DNA of 64,000 nt, from contig JAYODI010000012.1 of assembly GCA_038279365.1 (NCBI GenBank), forward strand, positions 3,859 through 67,858. The letters run 5' to 3'. The stretch comes from Candidatus Latescibacterota bacterium. Lineage in GTDB: Bacteria; Latescibacterota; UBA2968. Under the pieces are notes generated by a model. It saw only the letters and a list, made by a program, of their open reading frames with translations. It ran no database searches and was not told the DNA's origin. The position numbers and the translations under genes are program-made. Shown in pieces: positions 29,165 to 39,145 of this stretch. Numbering within the stretch: position 1 is the stretch's first letter; each line of letters starts with the position of its first letter.

Positions 29165-31284
29165 GATGCTGCCTCCTTGTTACCTTGAGCCAACGCATTT
29201 AATACCTTGTCGGGCGTCATAGGAAAATCGGTCACCCACACACCAATTGCATTATAAACGGCATTTGCCAAAGCACCTGCCGTGGGAATGGTTGCCGGTT
29301 CACCCAAACCAATCACACCCCGTTCGGGCATATCCATCAAAATGGGTACAATCTCGGGCATCTCCAAAGCACCTGCTACTTTATAGGCTTCCATGTTGGG
29401 GTTCACCATCACGCCCGTTTGCCGATCTAAAAGCCGATCTTCTAACAAGGCATAACTCAAACCACCGATCACTCCGCCATTGACCTGACTTTCGGCCAAA
29501 AGCTTGTTCACCACAAGGCCACAATCATTGACAGCCACAATTTTAATGGGCTGAATCCGACCTGTTTCAACATCTACTTCGACCTCAGCAAAATGCACCC
29601 CCGCTGCTCCCGAGCTGTGATACCCATCATCGCGATTGGCTGTGACCACAATATCACTGGCCAATTGGGCAGTAGCCTCAGACCAACTGATACTTTTGCC
29701 ATTGCCAATCACCTGAATTTTGCCTTGGCGCGTTTCAAGCGTGGAAGCATCAACACCCAACAATGGCGCAACAAATGCCAACAATTCACCCTTGGCTTTG
29801 CGTGCCGCTGTTTTGGCGGCAGGAACCATAGATGGGGTCGTACTGCTGCCCCCACTGCCCGTTCCTGGTGGAAAATGGGTATCGCCAATGTGTGGGGTCA
29901 CCTGATCCATTGTGAGGCCCAATTCTTCGGCAACCGTCATGGCCAAAATCGTTCGAGAACCTGTACCAATATCTTGTATGGCACACTTGGCATCTACAGT
30001 ACCGTCAGAGTGAATTTGCACTTCGACATAACTGTTTCTATTGCCACCGCCTCCCCACATACCACACCCCATACCCAAGCCACGCTTCACGGGCCCCTTG
30101 GCCGAACCTGCTACTTTGTTGCGCCGTTCCCACCCAATGGCTTTGGCACCGATTTCATATTGTTTGAGGCGAATGTCATTGGCACTGGAACCATTGGCCT
30201 TGCGAAAATCCAAAGGATCCATCCCAACCGATTCGGCCAAAGCATCCAAAGCACAATCCATCGCAATTTCTGCCTGAGGATGCCCTGGTGCACGCATTGC
30301 CCGAGCACCGCCTGCGTTAATATGTACATCTTTAAGCTCAGACTTGTAGTTGGCAATGTCGAACACATAGGGCAGTGGAATGTTTCCGATGCCCCCCACG
30401 CCACCCGTGCCATAGGTTTGTGACTGGAAGGCCGTAATTTTCCCGTCTTTTTTGGCCCCCATCTTAATCGTCATCACCGCTGAAGGGCGATTGCCAACTG
30501 CCAGTTGTTCTTCTTTGCGGTTGAGCATCAGTTTTACGGGCACTTGTGCCATACGCGCCAAAGCGCTCACCGCCAAGCCTTCGGCGCCCGCACCAAATTT
30601 ACTCCCAAACCCACCCCCCATATATTGACAAATCACCTGAACACTTTCTTTTGGCAACTTATAGTGCTCGGCCAATTCATCGCGCACACTCACCACCCCT
30701 TGCGTGGAACACCAAACCGTGAGTTTGTCACCCTCCCATTGGGCCACCGCGCCATGCGTTTCCAAAGAGTTGTGCACTTGCACAGGCACCCGATATGTCT
30801 TTTCAATAATGGCATCTGCTTCGGCAAAACCAGTAGCCACATCGCCTTTTTCGCGTTGACCACGCCCTGGCATTTCCACATTACCCCGTGGATGAATTTG
30901 CGCGGCACCATCGGCCATAGAGGTCTCTTCACGCACACTAAAAGGCAATGTTTCATATGTCACATCAATCAACCTTAATGCTTCTTCAGCCACCTCAGGA
31001 GAGATTGCCGCCACAGCGGCCACTTCTTCGCCTGCATAACGCACCGTCTGTTTTTCAAAATCATAAACGGCTTTTACACCAGGATGTGCCGACGCGCGCG
31101 TCAAATCCACTTTTATCACTTTGGCATGTGGATGTGGAGATCGCAAAATTTTGCCATACAACATATTGGGCAAATTGAGGTCGTATGTATATTTTGCTCG
31201 CCCAGTGACCTTATCTTCGCCATCGAGCCGTATTATGTTGGTGCCCGTCAAATACCGTTCACCCCATGGTTTCATGTCTGCCAT
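29161..31284 (-). CDS. Xanthine dehydrogenase-family molybdopterin subunit (PaoC/YagR-like)
   Basis: KVTGRAKY, GGGFGSK, AMRAPG, QDIGTG, GLGEP. Confidence 0.93.
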   Translation of the reverse strand: MADMKPWGERYLTGTNIIRLDGEDKVTGRAKYTYDLNLPNMLYGKILRSPHPHAKVIKVDLTRASAHPGVKAVYDFEKQTVRYAGEEVAAVAAISPEVAEEALRLIDVTYETLPFSVREETSMADGAAQIHPRGNVEMPGRGQREKGDVATGFAEADAIIEKTYRVPVQVHNSLETHGAVAQWEGDKLTVWCSTQGVVSVRDELAEHYKLPKESVQVICQYMGGGFGSKFGAGAEGLAVSALARMAQVPVKLMLNRKEEQLAVGNRPSAVMTIKMGAKKDGKITAFQSQTYGTGGVGGIGNIPLPYVFDIANYKSELKDVHINAGGARAMRAPGHPQAEIAMDCALDALAESVGMDPLDFRKANGSSANDIRLKQYEIGAKAIGWERRNKVAGSAKGPVKRGLGMGCGMWGGGGNRNSYVEVQIHSDGTVDAKCAIQDIGTGSRTILAMTVAEELGLTMDQVTPHIGDTHFPPGTGSGGSSTTPSMVPAAKTAARKAKGELLAFVAPLLGVDASTLETRQGKIQVIGNGKSISWSEATAQLASDIVVTANRDDGYHSSGAAGVHFAEVEVDVETGRIQPIKIVAVNDCGLVVNKLLAESQVNGGVIGGLSYALLEDRLLDRQTGVMVNPNMEAYKVAGALEMPEIVPILMDMPERGVIGLGEPATIPTAGALANAVYNAIGVWVTDFPMTPDKVLNALAQGNKEAAS

Positions 31285-31285
31285 A

Positions 31286-31924
31286 TTATGCCCCTCCCCG
31301 TTGCAATTTGGCAGCCGTCAAAGCCGCATCAAAAACACGTGGATAGGTGCCACACCGACAAGTATTGCCAGATACGGCCTTTTTAACATCATCCAGAGTG
31401 GGATTGGGGTTGCGATCCAATAATGCACGTACAGAAACCACAAACCCTGGCGTGCAAAACCCACACATTTGTGCATCGTGTTGTAAAAATGCCTCTTGTA
31501 CAGGATCCAACTCACCGTCTTTTGACAACCCTTCCACCGTGGTAATTTCTTTTCCCACAGCATCAATGGCCAGCATCATACATGAATAAACAGGCTGTTT
31601 ATCAACCATCACCGTACATCCACCACACGAACCCCGCTCACAAATGGGCTTTGGGCCCGTAATGTCTAACTTTTGCCGCATCACATCTAAAAGGGTATGA
31701 CGCGGTTCAATGGCCGTTTTGTGTTCTGTGCCATTGATCTTTAAGGTGACTTGTGAGGCTTGGGGGCCAATGGTCTTACCCAAGGCTTTTTTTGCTTCAA
31801 CTGTTTGGGGGGGCACAACAACCGTTAACAAACCCGTTGCCGCAGCACCAGCACCCAAACCTTGCAGAAATGTGCGTCGAGACATACCCGACGTGTTTTC
31901 TGAATGATTCGGTTCTTGTTTCAC
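31286..31924 (-). CDS. 2Fe-2S subunit with Tat signal (PaoA/YagT-like)
   Basis: SRRTFL twin-arginine motif; CERGSCGGC, MCGFCTPG, CRC; AGGAGG RBS. Confidence 0.93.
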   Translation of the reverse strand: MKQEPNHSENTSGMSRRTFLQGLGAGAAATGLLTVVVPPQTVEAKKALGKTIGPQASQVTLKINGTEHKTAIEPRHTLLDVMRQKLDITGPKPICERGSCGGCTVMVDKQPVYSCMMLAIDAVGKEITTVEGLSKDGELDPVQEAFLQHDAQMCGFCTPGFVVSVRALLDRNPNPTLDDVKKAVSGNTCRCGTYPRVFDAALTAAKLQRGGA

Positions 31925-32157
31925 TCTTGCACCTCCTGATCGTATTGGTTTGCCATCTAAAATTTAGCAAACCTCGGCGCGAAATGATAATACATCAATA
32001 TTCGTTTATATACCCTAAGCAATGATACGCTCGATTTTGTAGGTCTGTCAAGCTAAAATACCCAAATCTTGGCGTTGCGACCAGAGCTTATTTGTCTACC
32101 GATACCAAAGTGAGGTAGATTTATCATGTTGGGAGTCTTTACAGAAGGAGACGTTTC

Positions 32158-32280
32158 ATGATCACGCTCAAAGCACAACAAAGGGACGCAGACCGGGTGG
32201 GCCACATGTTTGAAATTGCCCTCAAAATTCTCGGAGGTCTTGTGATTCTCACAATTGGTATCGGCATGATGTTTCCATAA
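32158..32280 (+). CDS. 40-aa single-TM small protein, absent from the ORF track
   Basis: GAAGGAGA RBS, ATG, MITLKAQQRDADRVGHMFEIALKILGGLVILTIGIGMMFP*, followed by a terminator. Confidence 0.65.
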   Translation: MITLKAQQRDADRVGHMFEIALKILGGLVILTIGIGMMFP

Positions 32281-32316
32281 TTAACGCACACACCGCCACA
32301 CCAGACTCCCAAATGT

Positions 32317-32360
32317 AAACAAAAGCCCTTAGATTTTTAACAATCTGAGGGCTTTTGTTT
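32317..32360. terminator. Bidirectional terminator
   Basis: AAACAAAAGCCCTTAGATT / AATCTGAGGGCTTTTGTTT. Confidence 0.85.
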
Positions 32361-32382
32361 GATATTTAGATCACAACCGTCA

Positions 32383-33414
32383 TCACTTTATGGCGCGTTC
32401 TACCGCATTGCGCATAGCAAGCATTTGGCCAATGGCAAAAGCCCACCCCATACGTGTATCAACCGTATCGCCATCAACAATAGGGGTATGGTCGGGATCA
32501 ATTAAGCCATCGTACCCCACCTCATGAAAAGCCTGCATACACGCAAACATATCACAGTCACCTTCATCGTGAAACACTTCTACATACTTAAAACGAGGTG
32601 TTTCCACACGCACATTTCGAAAATGCACCGTACCTATTCGCTTCCGCGAGCCAAAATACCGAATCATCTCCACCGCATCGGCACCCTTTTCGGTCATCAC
32701 GCCTGTATCAAAAAACACGCAGTTTGACGGACTATCTACCACCTCAATCAATCGCTTCATACCGGCCACATCGCCCATGGCCTGTGCCACACCGCGATAA
32801 ACCGGCACCGGTGGATCATTGGGATGAACAGCCAACTTGACACCTGCTTTTTCAGCGGTCGGAATGACGGCTTCTAAAAAATAAGCCACCCGATCCCACA
32901 TCTCTTCATGTGAATGACACCCCACCGACTCTAAGGGTGGCAAATCTTTGATGCGATCATAGTCAAAATCGCGCAAATCGGCTCCACCACGCCCACCACC
33001 CATTCGTGGGCCATACCCTTCAGAAGCACGCAACGCCGTAAAATTGTATGTCAACACACCCAACCCAACACGCCCCGCTATTTCGATATTGGCCTTAACC
33101 GTTTCCAAATCGTCATCGCGCCCATCTTGCCCCATCAAAATATTGCCCGACACCCCCAACGCAGCCACCGTGGGTTTTAAACCAAACGATTCGATACGCG
33201 CCCGAATACGCAACAACAATTCTTCATCCCACATATGACCTTGCCCACCCACTGGGCCAGTTTGTGTTGGCGGAACAAAAGGACGCGTGGTGCCCCCAGT
33301 GCCGGGTTCTTCATTCCACCGTGTGGGCATGCTGACCTCTTCCACACCCAACTGCTTAAAAAAGCGCAATGTTGTTTCAGCCACATCGCCTAATCCTTTT
33401 CCAATCTTAATCAT
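32383..33414 (-). CDS. uxuA: Mannonate dehydratase family protein
   Basis: LTYNF, LAVHPNDPP, VHFRNV, EGDCDM, PDHTP. Confidence 0.8.
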   Translation of the reverse strand: MIKIGKGLGDVAETTLRFFKQLGVEEVSMPTRWNEEPGTGGTTRPFVPPTQTGPVGGQGHMWDEELLLRIRARIESFGLKPTVAALGVSGNILMGQDGRDDDLETVKANIEIAGRVGLGVLTYNFTALRASEGYGPRMGGGRGGADLRDFDYDRIKDLPPLESVGCHSHEEMWDRVAYFLEAVIPTAEKAGVKLAVHPNDPPVPVYRGVAQAMGDVAGMKRLIEVVDSPSNCVFFDTGVMTEKGADAVEMIRYFGSRKRIGTVHFRNVRVETPRFKYVEVFHDEGDCDMFACMQAFHEVGYDGLIDPDHTPIVDGDTVDTRMGWAFAIGQMLAMRNAVERAIK

Positions 33415-33470
33415 AAAATGCTCCCATCAAAGATATCATATGACAATAAATAGCTCATTTCCAACACCCC

Positions 33471-35396
33471 TTATGCCCATGGCAAACGATAAGACGGCTC
33501 ATGCACATGCCGTTCTAATCCAAGCACCAACCGAATCTCCGTGCCCAACGGCAACGTCACCTGCAAATGGGCATCATCAACGGTAACGGTCTCCAAGACC
33601 GATTCAACCTCAGGTGCCGCATAGTCACCCACCTTGCCCGGATACACACTCACAATTTGATTAAATGCAACCTGTGTAAATTGATGTTCACCCAATGTAC
33701 CGGCCTGTATCAAAACCCTACGCGCATGTCGCGCACTTAAATTCACCAAATGGAGCACAATCTGATCACGGGAAACAGTCTCAACCAACGCCCCCACATC
33801 AGGTGGCAAACCGGGGCGTTTTTTATCGGCATCAAAATAGCGCAATGGCGCAAGCAACAGCCCACCATTATACAAAAGTTGTGGGGCGCCCAACGTCAGC
33901 TGAATCAATGCCTCAGTTGTCACCGGATTCAACTGCTGCCACCAATGAATATGATTGTTGCGTGGGTCTGTCTCATCTTCTCGCACCTGCGCCATACGCT
34001 TGTAAACCTGTGCCAAGCTCGCCTGTAATATTTGCTCAGGATAGTTGGGGTTGTCCCCATTGATATACGCAAACCACGGTTGCTCATGCCCCGCATCTTC
34101 TTTGGAATGAAACGAAAACACCTGAGACCAATCATATGTCTCTTTTTTGCGGATCGTTTCAACCATCTCCAAATCCACATCATCACCACTTACATTCCAC
34201 AACGTCAGTGGATAAATAGGAGCCAAGGGTTGCCAATCAAACCACCCCGAATCGGCATACCGATAGGGCACCACCCACGTCTCTTTGTGATCGCCCAACG
34301 CTTTCATCTGCGCAATCCAATGGTGCCGCAAGCTCATCTGTAAATCGTCTACATTCGCCATTTTCCCTTCGGCCATCACCTTGCGCAATTGATTGCGTGG
34401 CAACTCCAAATACTTTTGATCACGCGTTAGCAAAAAACACCCTACCCCCGCCAAAATAGCAGCCATCGCAATGTTGTATAATCCATGTGGCCATGTCCAA
34501 CCATACATACTGCCATACCACTTGCCATTCATATGCTCACCCACCACACCCGATGGACCTACATTGTCAGGCAAAAAACCATCATGGGCATTGGCACGTG
34601 CAATCCACGCATCCACATATTCCAACAACCAGTTTTTGTATTTCTCGTCGCCCGTCAGCAAAAACGCATTTGTAATGAGCGAGCAAACATGCAGGTTTGT
34701 GGCCACGTCCCCCTGGGCCATGCGGTCTTTCATCACCTGCCCCATCCGCCGAGCCAGCTCAGGGTCTTTCAAATCTTCAATGCACGAAACACCCTCTACA
34801 TCTTCAAATGGAATGCCATACACGGCCATACCCGGTGAATAACCATAAGAAGGCGTTTCATTCTCTTCATAAAGCCAGCGCGGGCCTTTAGACCCATTAT
34901 GCGCACAACGCAACGTCTTTGTCTGTGGGTCATAATTTTGTGCTTCGGGATCTTCATTTAAGAAAAAGCCAGCAAAACGGCGGGCCCGATCAATGTTCTT
35001 CTCATGTTTGGGATCGGCCAAACACAGCAAGTAAAAATAAATGTAACTTTCACTTTGATGAAATTGATCATAACCAATCTCATATTCTTTGTAAACATGC
35101 CCAATTTCTTCCATCAACTTCGTCGTGGCATCCCACTGGCGGTGCCCCAAATCCAACAAATGATCGCCACCACCCAACAAATAAAGCAACGGCCAATTGT
35201 AAAAACTCTCATAAAAATCGTCGGCACCATCACGGCTTTGATGAATGCCTTCTTTCCAAATCAAACGACCATCGGGATGGGTATATTTTTCCAAGAAAGG
35301 ATAAACAGCCTCCTCCATAACAGCAATCAATTGGCGTTCCAACACCGCCCAAGCCGGTGCCTTTTCCAATGGCACACTTGCCACAATTTCCATCAC
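33471..35396 (-). CDS. Hypothetical protein, possibly an alpha-toroid carbohydrate-active enzyme
   Basis: 641-aa ORF; aromatic/acidic motifs DGADDFYESFYNW, YDQFHQSE, YGWTWPHG. Confidence 0.6.
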   Translation of the reverse strand: MMEIVASVPLEKAPAWAVLERQLIAVMEEAVYPFLEKYTHPDGRLIWKEGIHQSRDGADDFYESFYNWPLLYLLGGGDHLLDLGHRQWDATTKLMEEIGHVYKEYEIGYDQFHQSESYIYFYLLCLADPKHEKNIDRARRFAGFFLNEDPEAQNYDPQTKTLRCAHNGSKGPRWLYEENETPSYGYSPGMAVYGIPFEDVEGVSCIEDLKDPELARRMGQVMKDRMAQGDVATNLHVCSLITNAFLLTGDEKYKNWLLEYVDAWIARANAHDGFLPDNVGPSGVVGEHMNGKWYGSMYGWTWPHGLYNIAMAAILAGVGCFLLTRDQKYLELPRNQLRKVMAEGKMANVDDLQMSLRHHWIAQMKALGDHKETWVVPYRYADSGWFDWQPLAPIYPLTLWNVSGDDVDLEMVETIRKKETYDWSQVFSFHSKEDAGHEQPWFAYINGDNPNYPEQILQASLAQVYKRMAQVREDETDPRNNHIHWWQQLNPVTTEALIQLTLGAPQLLYNGGLLLAPLRYFDADKKRPGLPPDVGALVETVSRDQIVLHLVNLSARHARRVLIQAGTLGEHQFTQVAFNQIVSVYPGKVGDYAAPEVESVLETVTVDDAHLQVTLPLGTEIRLVLGLERHVHEPSYRLPWA

Positions 35397-35483
35397 GTAT
35401 CCCTTTCACACATCAACACACAGAGTCGCATCACGAATCACAAAAACATCACGCAATAAATGCGTCACACCCAAGCCAAGACT

Positions 35484-37292
35484 TTACCGTTCCACAATAT
35501 CCACAATCGCCACAGCCACCTCCCCCATCAACTGACCATTTCCCCCAACTTCTCCCCCAATGAGAAAACGGCCCCCTTTTATCTTTTTGGGAATCACCAC
35601 ATCAAAACTTATTCGACGTTTTTTATGCCCCAAAACAGTGAGCGACCGTTGTCTCTGTTTTGAGGTCCACCCCTCAGGCAATGTTGGCGAAACGGTCACA
35701 GACATCTTTTGATCACGTGCATTCTCCACATAAAAACGCAAAGTAATGGTTTGTCCAGCACGTGCTTCGGTTCGAAATGGTTCCCACCCCATCATTCGCG
35801 GATCATAATCTTGCACCCAATCTCCAGATGGACACAAATCACGTACTGCTTTTTCGGCTTGTGTGGCCCATTTCAAAATGCGCCGATATAGATCAGCATC
35901 ATAGCGATACACACAACCATGACCATTACATATCAAATCGGGTTTTAAGTCCAATACCACCTGTGCCGACCTGCCAAACCCATCTATGAACCGACTGCCA
36001 TTAAACGCACAAAATCCACCCGTACCATTCCAACGTGTAGGCGGCTGAAAATTATCACCCGAAAACAAAACATGCTGGCCAAATATGTCGGTATCAAATG
36101 CACAATGCCACAACGTTTGCCCCGGAAAAGGGCGAATTTGAAAATCATATTCTCCCCACTTAAATGCCCCTTCTTCGGGCAACAAACGATCAGGGACAAT
36201 AGAATCAGCCGGCAACCACGGCACATCCATCACATTGCGATCCACCATCGGTTTGGCCACCCACGGGTGCAACCACACCTTGGCACCATATTGTTTACGC
36301 ACCCAATTCAGCCCATCGCTGTGATCCCGGTGATAATGTGTGGCCGTGGCCACCGTTACCCGATCCACACCCGCAATCGCCATCACCTCGCCAATGCGTT
36401 CAATACTTGGCAATGTGGGGTCAATGATCAAACCCTCACCATTTTGTCCTGCCAGCAAATATGTATTGCTTCCCCATATAAACAAATTGGGCAACACGCG
36501 AGAAATGCCATTGCCCAAAACCTCGACACCAAACCAATGATCTATCGCACCCGCACAGACAGAACCCTTGGCTTTCACAAAAGCCAAAATGCGTTTTTGG
36601 GTTTGCCGAACACACGCACGGGCACCTTTTGCAACAACCGCACCATGCGACGGACACAACAGATCGATTCGACACCCACCCAAACGCTCCAAACCATACC
36701 AAGCAGACAGTGCACCTTCACCCGTCCAATGATCCCATTCCAAATGATAAGGCTGATGTAACTTGCCATTTTCCAAAACAGCATCACCACAAAAGACAAT
36801 GGATTTCCCTTGCCAATTCACCACATAACTCACAGCCCCACGCGTATGCCCCGGTGTGGGAACAACACCCACCGTCACCCCTTCCCAAACCAATTCGGAG
36901 GCATCACCCACATCCCCTTTCACAAAAGGCAATGGCACGCTTGGAGCCGAATAATTGGGTGGACAACCACCTGCTTGATAGGTTCGCCAAAAAGCCAGTA
37001 AACGATCGGCCTGAAAAAAACGCCCATCTTCGCCCGAACAATGCACCTCAAATGGCCATTCCGATTGTGTGGACAAACCATAACATTGATCGCGATGTGC
37101 ATGCGTCAACAACACATGCCGAAGGTTTTTTACACCAATTTCAGCAAGGTGGGCCAACCACTTTCCCGAACCAAAATCAATGGCAATGGCATCCTCTCCA
37201 CATTTGAGAAGATAAACATTGCACGCATCTTGAACATGGTAAACACTGGGCAGGATTTCTTTAAACATCGTTTTGGGCATACACCTATCCAT
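35484..37292 (-). CDS. Tandem metallo-beta-lactamase-fold hydrolase
   Basis: Two MBL motifs (THAHRDQ, THYHRDHSDG), PGHT, GD, HG; C-terminal Ig-like domain. Confidence 0.85.
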   Translation of the reverse strand: MDRCMPKTMFKEILPSVYHVQDACNVYLLKCGEDAIAIDFGSGKWLAHLAEIGVKNLRHVLLTHAHRDQCYGLSTQSEWPFEVHCSGEDGRFFQADRLLAFWRTYQAGGCPPNYSAPSVPLPFVKGDVGDASELVWEGVTVGVVPTPGHTRGAVSYVVNWQGKSIVFCGDAVLENGKLHQPYHLEWDHWTGEGALSAWYGLERLGGCRIDLLCPSHGAVVAKGARACVRQTQKRILAFVKAKGSVCAGAIDHWFGVEVLGNGISRVLPNLFIWGSNTYLLAGQNGEGLIIDPTLPSIERIGEVMAIAGVDRVTVATATHYHRDHSDGLNWVRKQYGAKVWLHPWVAKPMVDRNVMDVPWLPADSIVPDRLLPEEGAFKWGEYDFQIRPFPGQTLWHCAFDTDIFGQHVLFSGDNFQPPTRWNGTGGFCAFNGSRFIDGFGRSAQVVLDLKPDLICNGHGCVYRYDADLYRRILKWATQAEKAVRDLCPSGDWVQDYDPRMMGWEPFRTEARAGQTITLRFYVENARDQKMSVTVSPTLPEGWTSKQRQRSLTVLGHKKRRISFDVVIPKKIKGGRFLIGGEVGGNGQLMGEVAVAIVDIVER

Positions 37293-37349
37293 TTTTTTAC
37301 GAATGATACGACAAGCTTGGAGATTTAGTTTCAGCTTTCACTGTCCTGT

Positions 37350-37377
37350 ATTCAGCGTTCAGCATTCAGCGTTCAGC
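37350..37377. repeat. Heptamer array (RTTCAGC)x4
   Basis: attcagc gttcagc attcagc gttcagc, plus a stray unit at 37329. Confidence 0.85.
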
Positions 37378-37420
37378 AATCCGTTCTCGGCACCCAATCC
37401 GGAAAGATGTGTCCACCTTT

Positions 37421-38350
37421 TTAAGGATTCAGTTCACAGGCCAATTCCATAGACGGAAACACATCGGCAATGGTGGGCCACATCGCACGTTTTTCAATGA
37501 GTGCCGTCACAAACTCATGGGTTTCGGCATAAGGACCAATGCGAATAAAATGAGGCTCATCGGCATCGGGTTGTTTGTCAATCACCAACTCATTGTTTTT
37601 CCAACATTGCAAACGGGGTTCGCGAGAATTTTCTACAGCCATATTGACCCGATATCCTTCGCCATAAATTTCATACCTTTCTTCGGCGCATCCATCTGTC
37701 GTGAGCACATCAAAACTACCCAACGCGCCCGACTCAAAATGCAATACAAAATGATGCCACGGCGTACCATCATTTTGTGAAAAAGATTCTGTGCGAACCA
37801 CATCACCTGCAATAAATCGCAACGCATCAATGCTGTGAATGCCCGTGCCAGACACAAAAAAATCTTCGCGGCGATTGTGACGCAACATGGATGCCCGCAC
37901 AAACCGAATGGGCCCTTGAGCCAATGCCCACGCACGCCCTTCACAAATAAGCGGTTGAAACCGTCGATTCACCGAAATCATATGAGGTGTTCCTGTTGCC
38001 TTGGCAATTGCAAGCAACTCGCGTCCTTCTTCAACAGATGCGCCCGGCGGTTTTTCGATGGTCACAGGCATACCCATTTCCATCAATTCTTTGGCCAACG
38101 GCACAATCAATGGAATGGGCATCACGCACACACACCCATCGGGCTTTTCCTTTTCAATCATCTCACGATGATCTGTATAAGCCGACAGAAAACCATATTC
38201 TTTCGCAAATTGATCGGCCTTATCTTGCACCAAATCGCAAACAGCCACCAACGAAACCCGATCTGCGTGATCTTTTGCATATTGCGCCAATGCGGGTGCA
38301 TGATTGATGCGACAGTGATTACCTGCGCCGATGAGTGCAACCTTTACCAT
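37421..38350 (-). CDS. Gfo/Idh/MocA oxidoreductase
   Basis: IGAG, EKPP, NRRF, GIHSID. Confidence 0.9.
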   Translation of the reverse strand: MVKVALIGAGNHCRINHAPALAQYAKDHADRVSLVAVCDLVQDKADQFAKEYGFLSAYTDHREMIEKEKPDGCVCVMPIPLIVPLAKELMEMGMPVTIEKPPGASVEEGRELLAIAKATGTPHMISVNRRFQPLICEGRAWALAQGPIRFVRASMLRHNRREDFFVSGTGIHSIDALRFIAGDVVRTESFSQNDGTPWHHFVLHFESGALGSFDVLTTDGCAEERYEIYGEGYRVNMAVENSREPRLQCWKNNELVIDKQPDADEPHFIRIGPYAETHEFVTALIEKRAMWPTIADVFPSMELACELNP

Positions 38351-38366
38351 AAACGATCCTCTCCGT

Positions 38367-39131
38367 TTAAAATCGTGATTTGGCTTTTAATAAACGCAAG
38401 GCATTGCCACCTAAAATCGCCTCAGCCACATCGTCAGCAACGTCTGTCACCACACGGCCCAAAGCGGCATGAGGAATAAACAATGGGGCGTGAGAACCAA
38501 ACGCCAACCGTGCCCCCAACCCCTTATCGACCAAAACCTTAACCGCATCCAAACCGTCTACCTGTGAAGTATCGGCATACACATTGGGCAATGCCACTAT
38601 ACGCTCTGCCAAAGTGCGCAACTCGGCCGCCTTTGCCCCACCAATCACCACACACAACTCAGGCAATTGTTCGGCCATATCCACCACCACAGAAGCGGCC
38701 AAACTTGGCACAACTGCCAAAGGATGATGACGACGCGGATCTTCCAAACAAATCTGCACCATCACAGATAAATGCGCATCGTGTATCGCCTGCAAAAAGT
38801 CCTTCTCGCTGGCCAAATCATACCCGCCGTAATTAGGCAACAACCGAACCATTTGTACACCATCATGTTCACACGCACATTTTAATTCCTGCTGCCAATT
38901 TGCCACCGTCGGATCTAATACTGGCACTGGGGATACATCGTCAAATGCATCACTTGCCTCAAACAAAACACGATTATATACATGAGGGTTACGACACCAC
39001 ACAGAACCCAAATGTGACGCAAAAATACGCGTTACACCAACTTCCCGCAACGAAGGCCACACATCTTCAGGATCGCCCATCACAGGATGAGAGGGCCACG
39101 TGCCAATAAAATTGTTCAAGTCAATAATCAT
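38367..39131 (-). CDS. Amidohydrolase_2-family protein with degenerate metal site
   Basis: IIDLN, YADTS, FGSHAP, ILGGNA. Confidence 0.75.
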   Translation of the reverse strand: MIIDLNNFIGTWPSHPVMGDPEDVWPSLREVGVTRIFASHLGSVWCRNPHVYNRVLFEASDAFDDVSPVPVLDPTVANWQQELKCACEHDGVQMVRLLPNYGGYDLASEKDFLQAIHDAHLSVMVQICLEDPRRHHPLAVVPSLAASVVVDMAEQLPELCVVIGGAKAAELRTLAERIVALPNVYADTSQVDGLDAVKVLVDKGLGARLAFGSHAPLFIPHAALGRVVTDVADDVAEAILGGNALRLLKAKSRF

Positions 39132-39145
39132 ATTCAAATTCCAAA

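Noticed and set aside
29593-30423. Long antisense ORFs (276 aa here, also 36072-36761 and 46811-47530)
   Set aside because: They shadow well-supported genes on the opposite strand and show no motifs or RBS.
31925-32060. Possible Moco riboswitch upstream of the molybdoenzyme operon
   Set aside because: Only one hairpin (GGTTTGC/GCAAACC) and a TTGACA-18-TATCAT promoter are visible; no convincing multi-stem consensus. An Rfam scan would decide.
35405-35470. Loose ATCAC-containing repeats
   Set aside because: Too degenerate and irregularly spaced to call, though possibly a decayed heptamer array.
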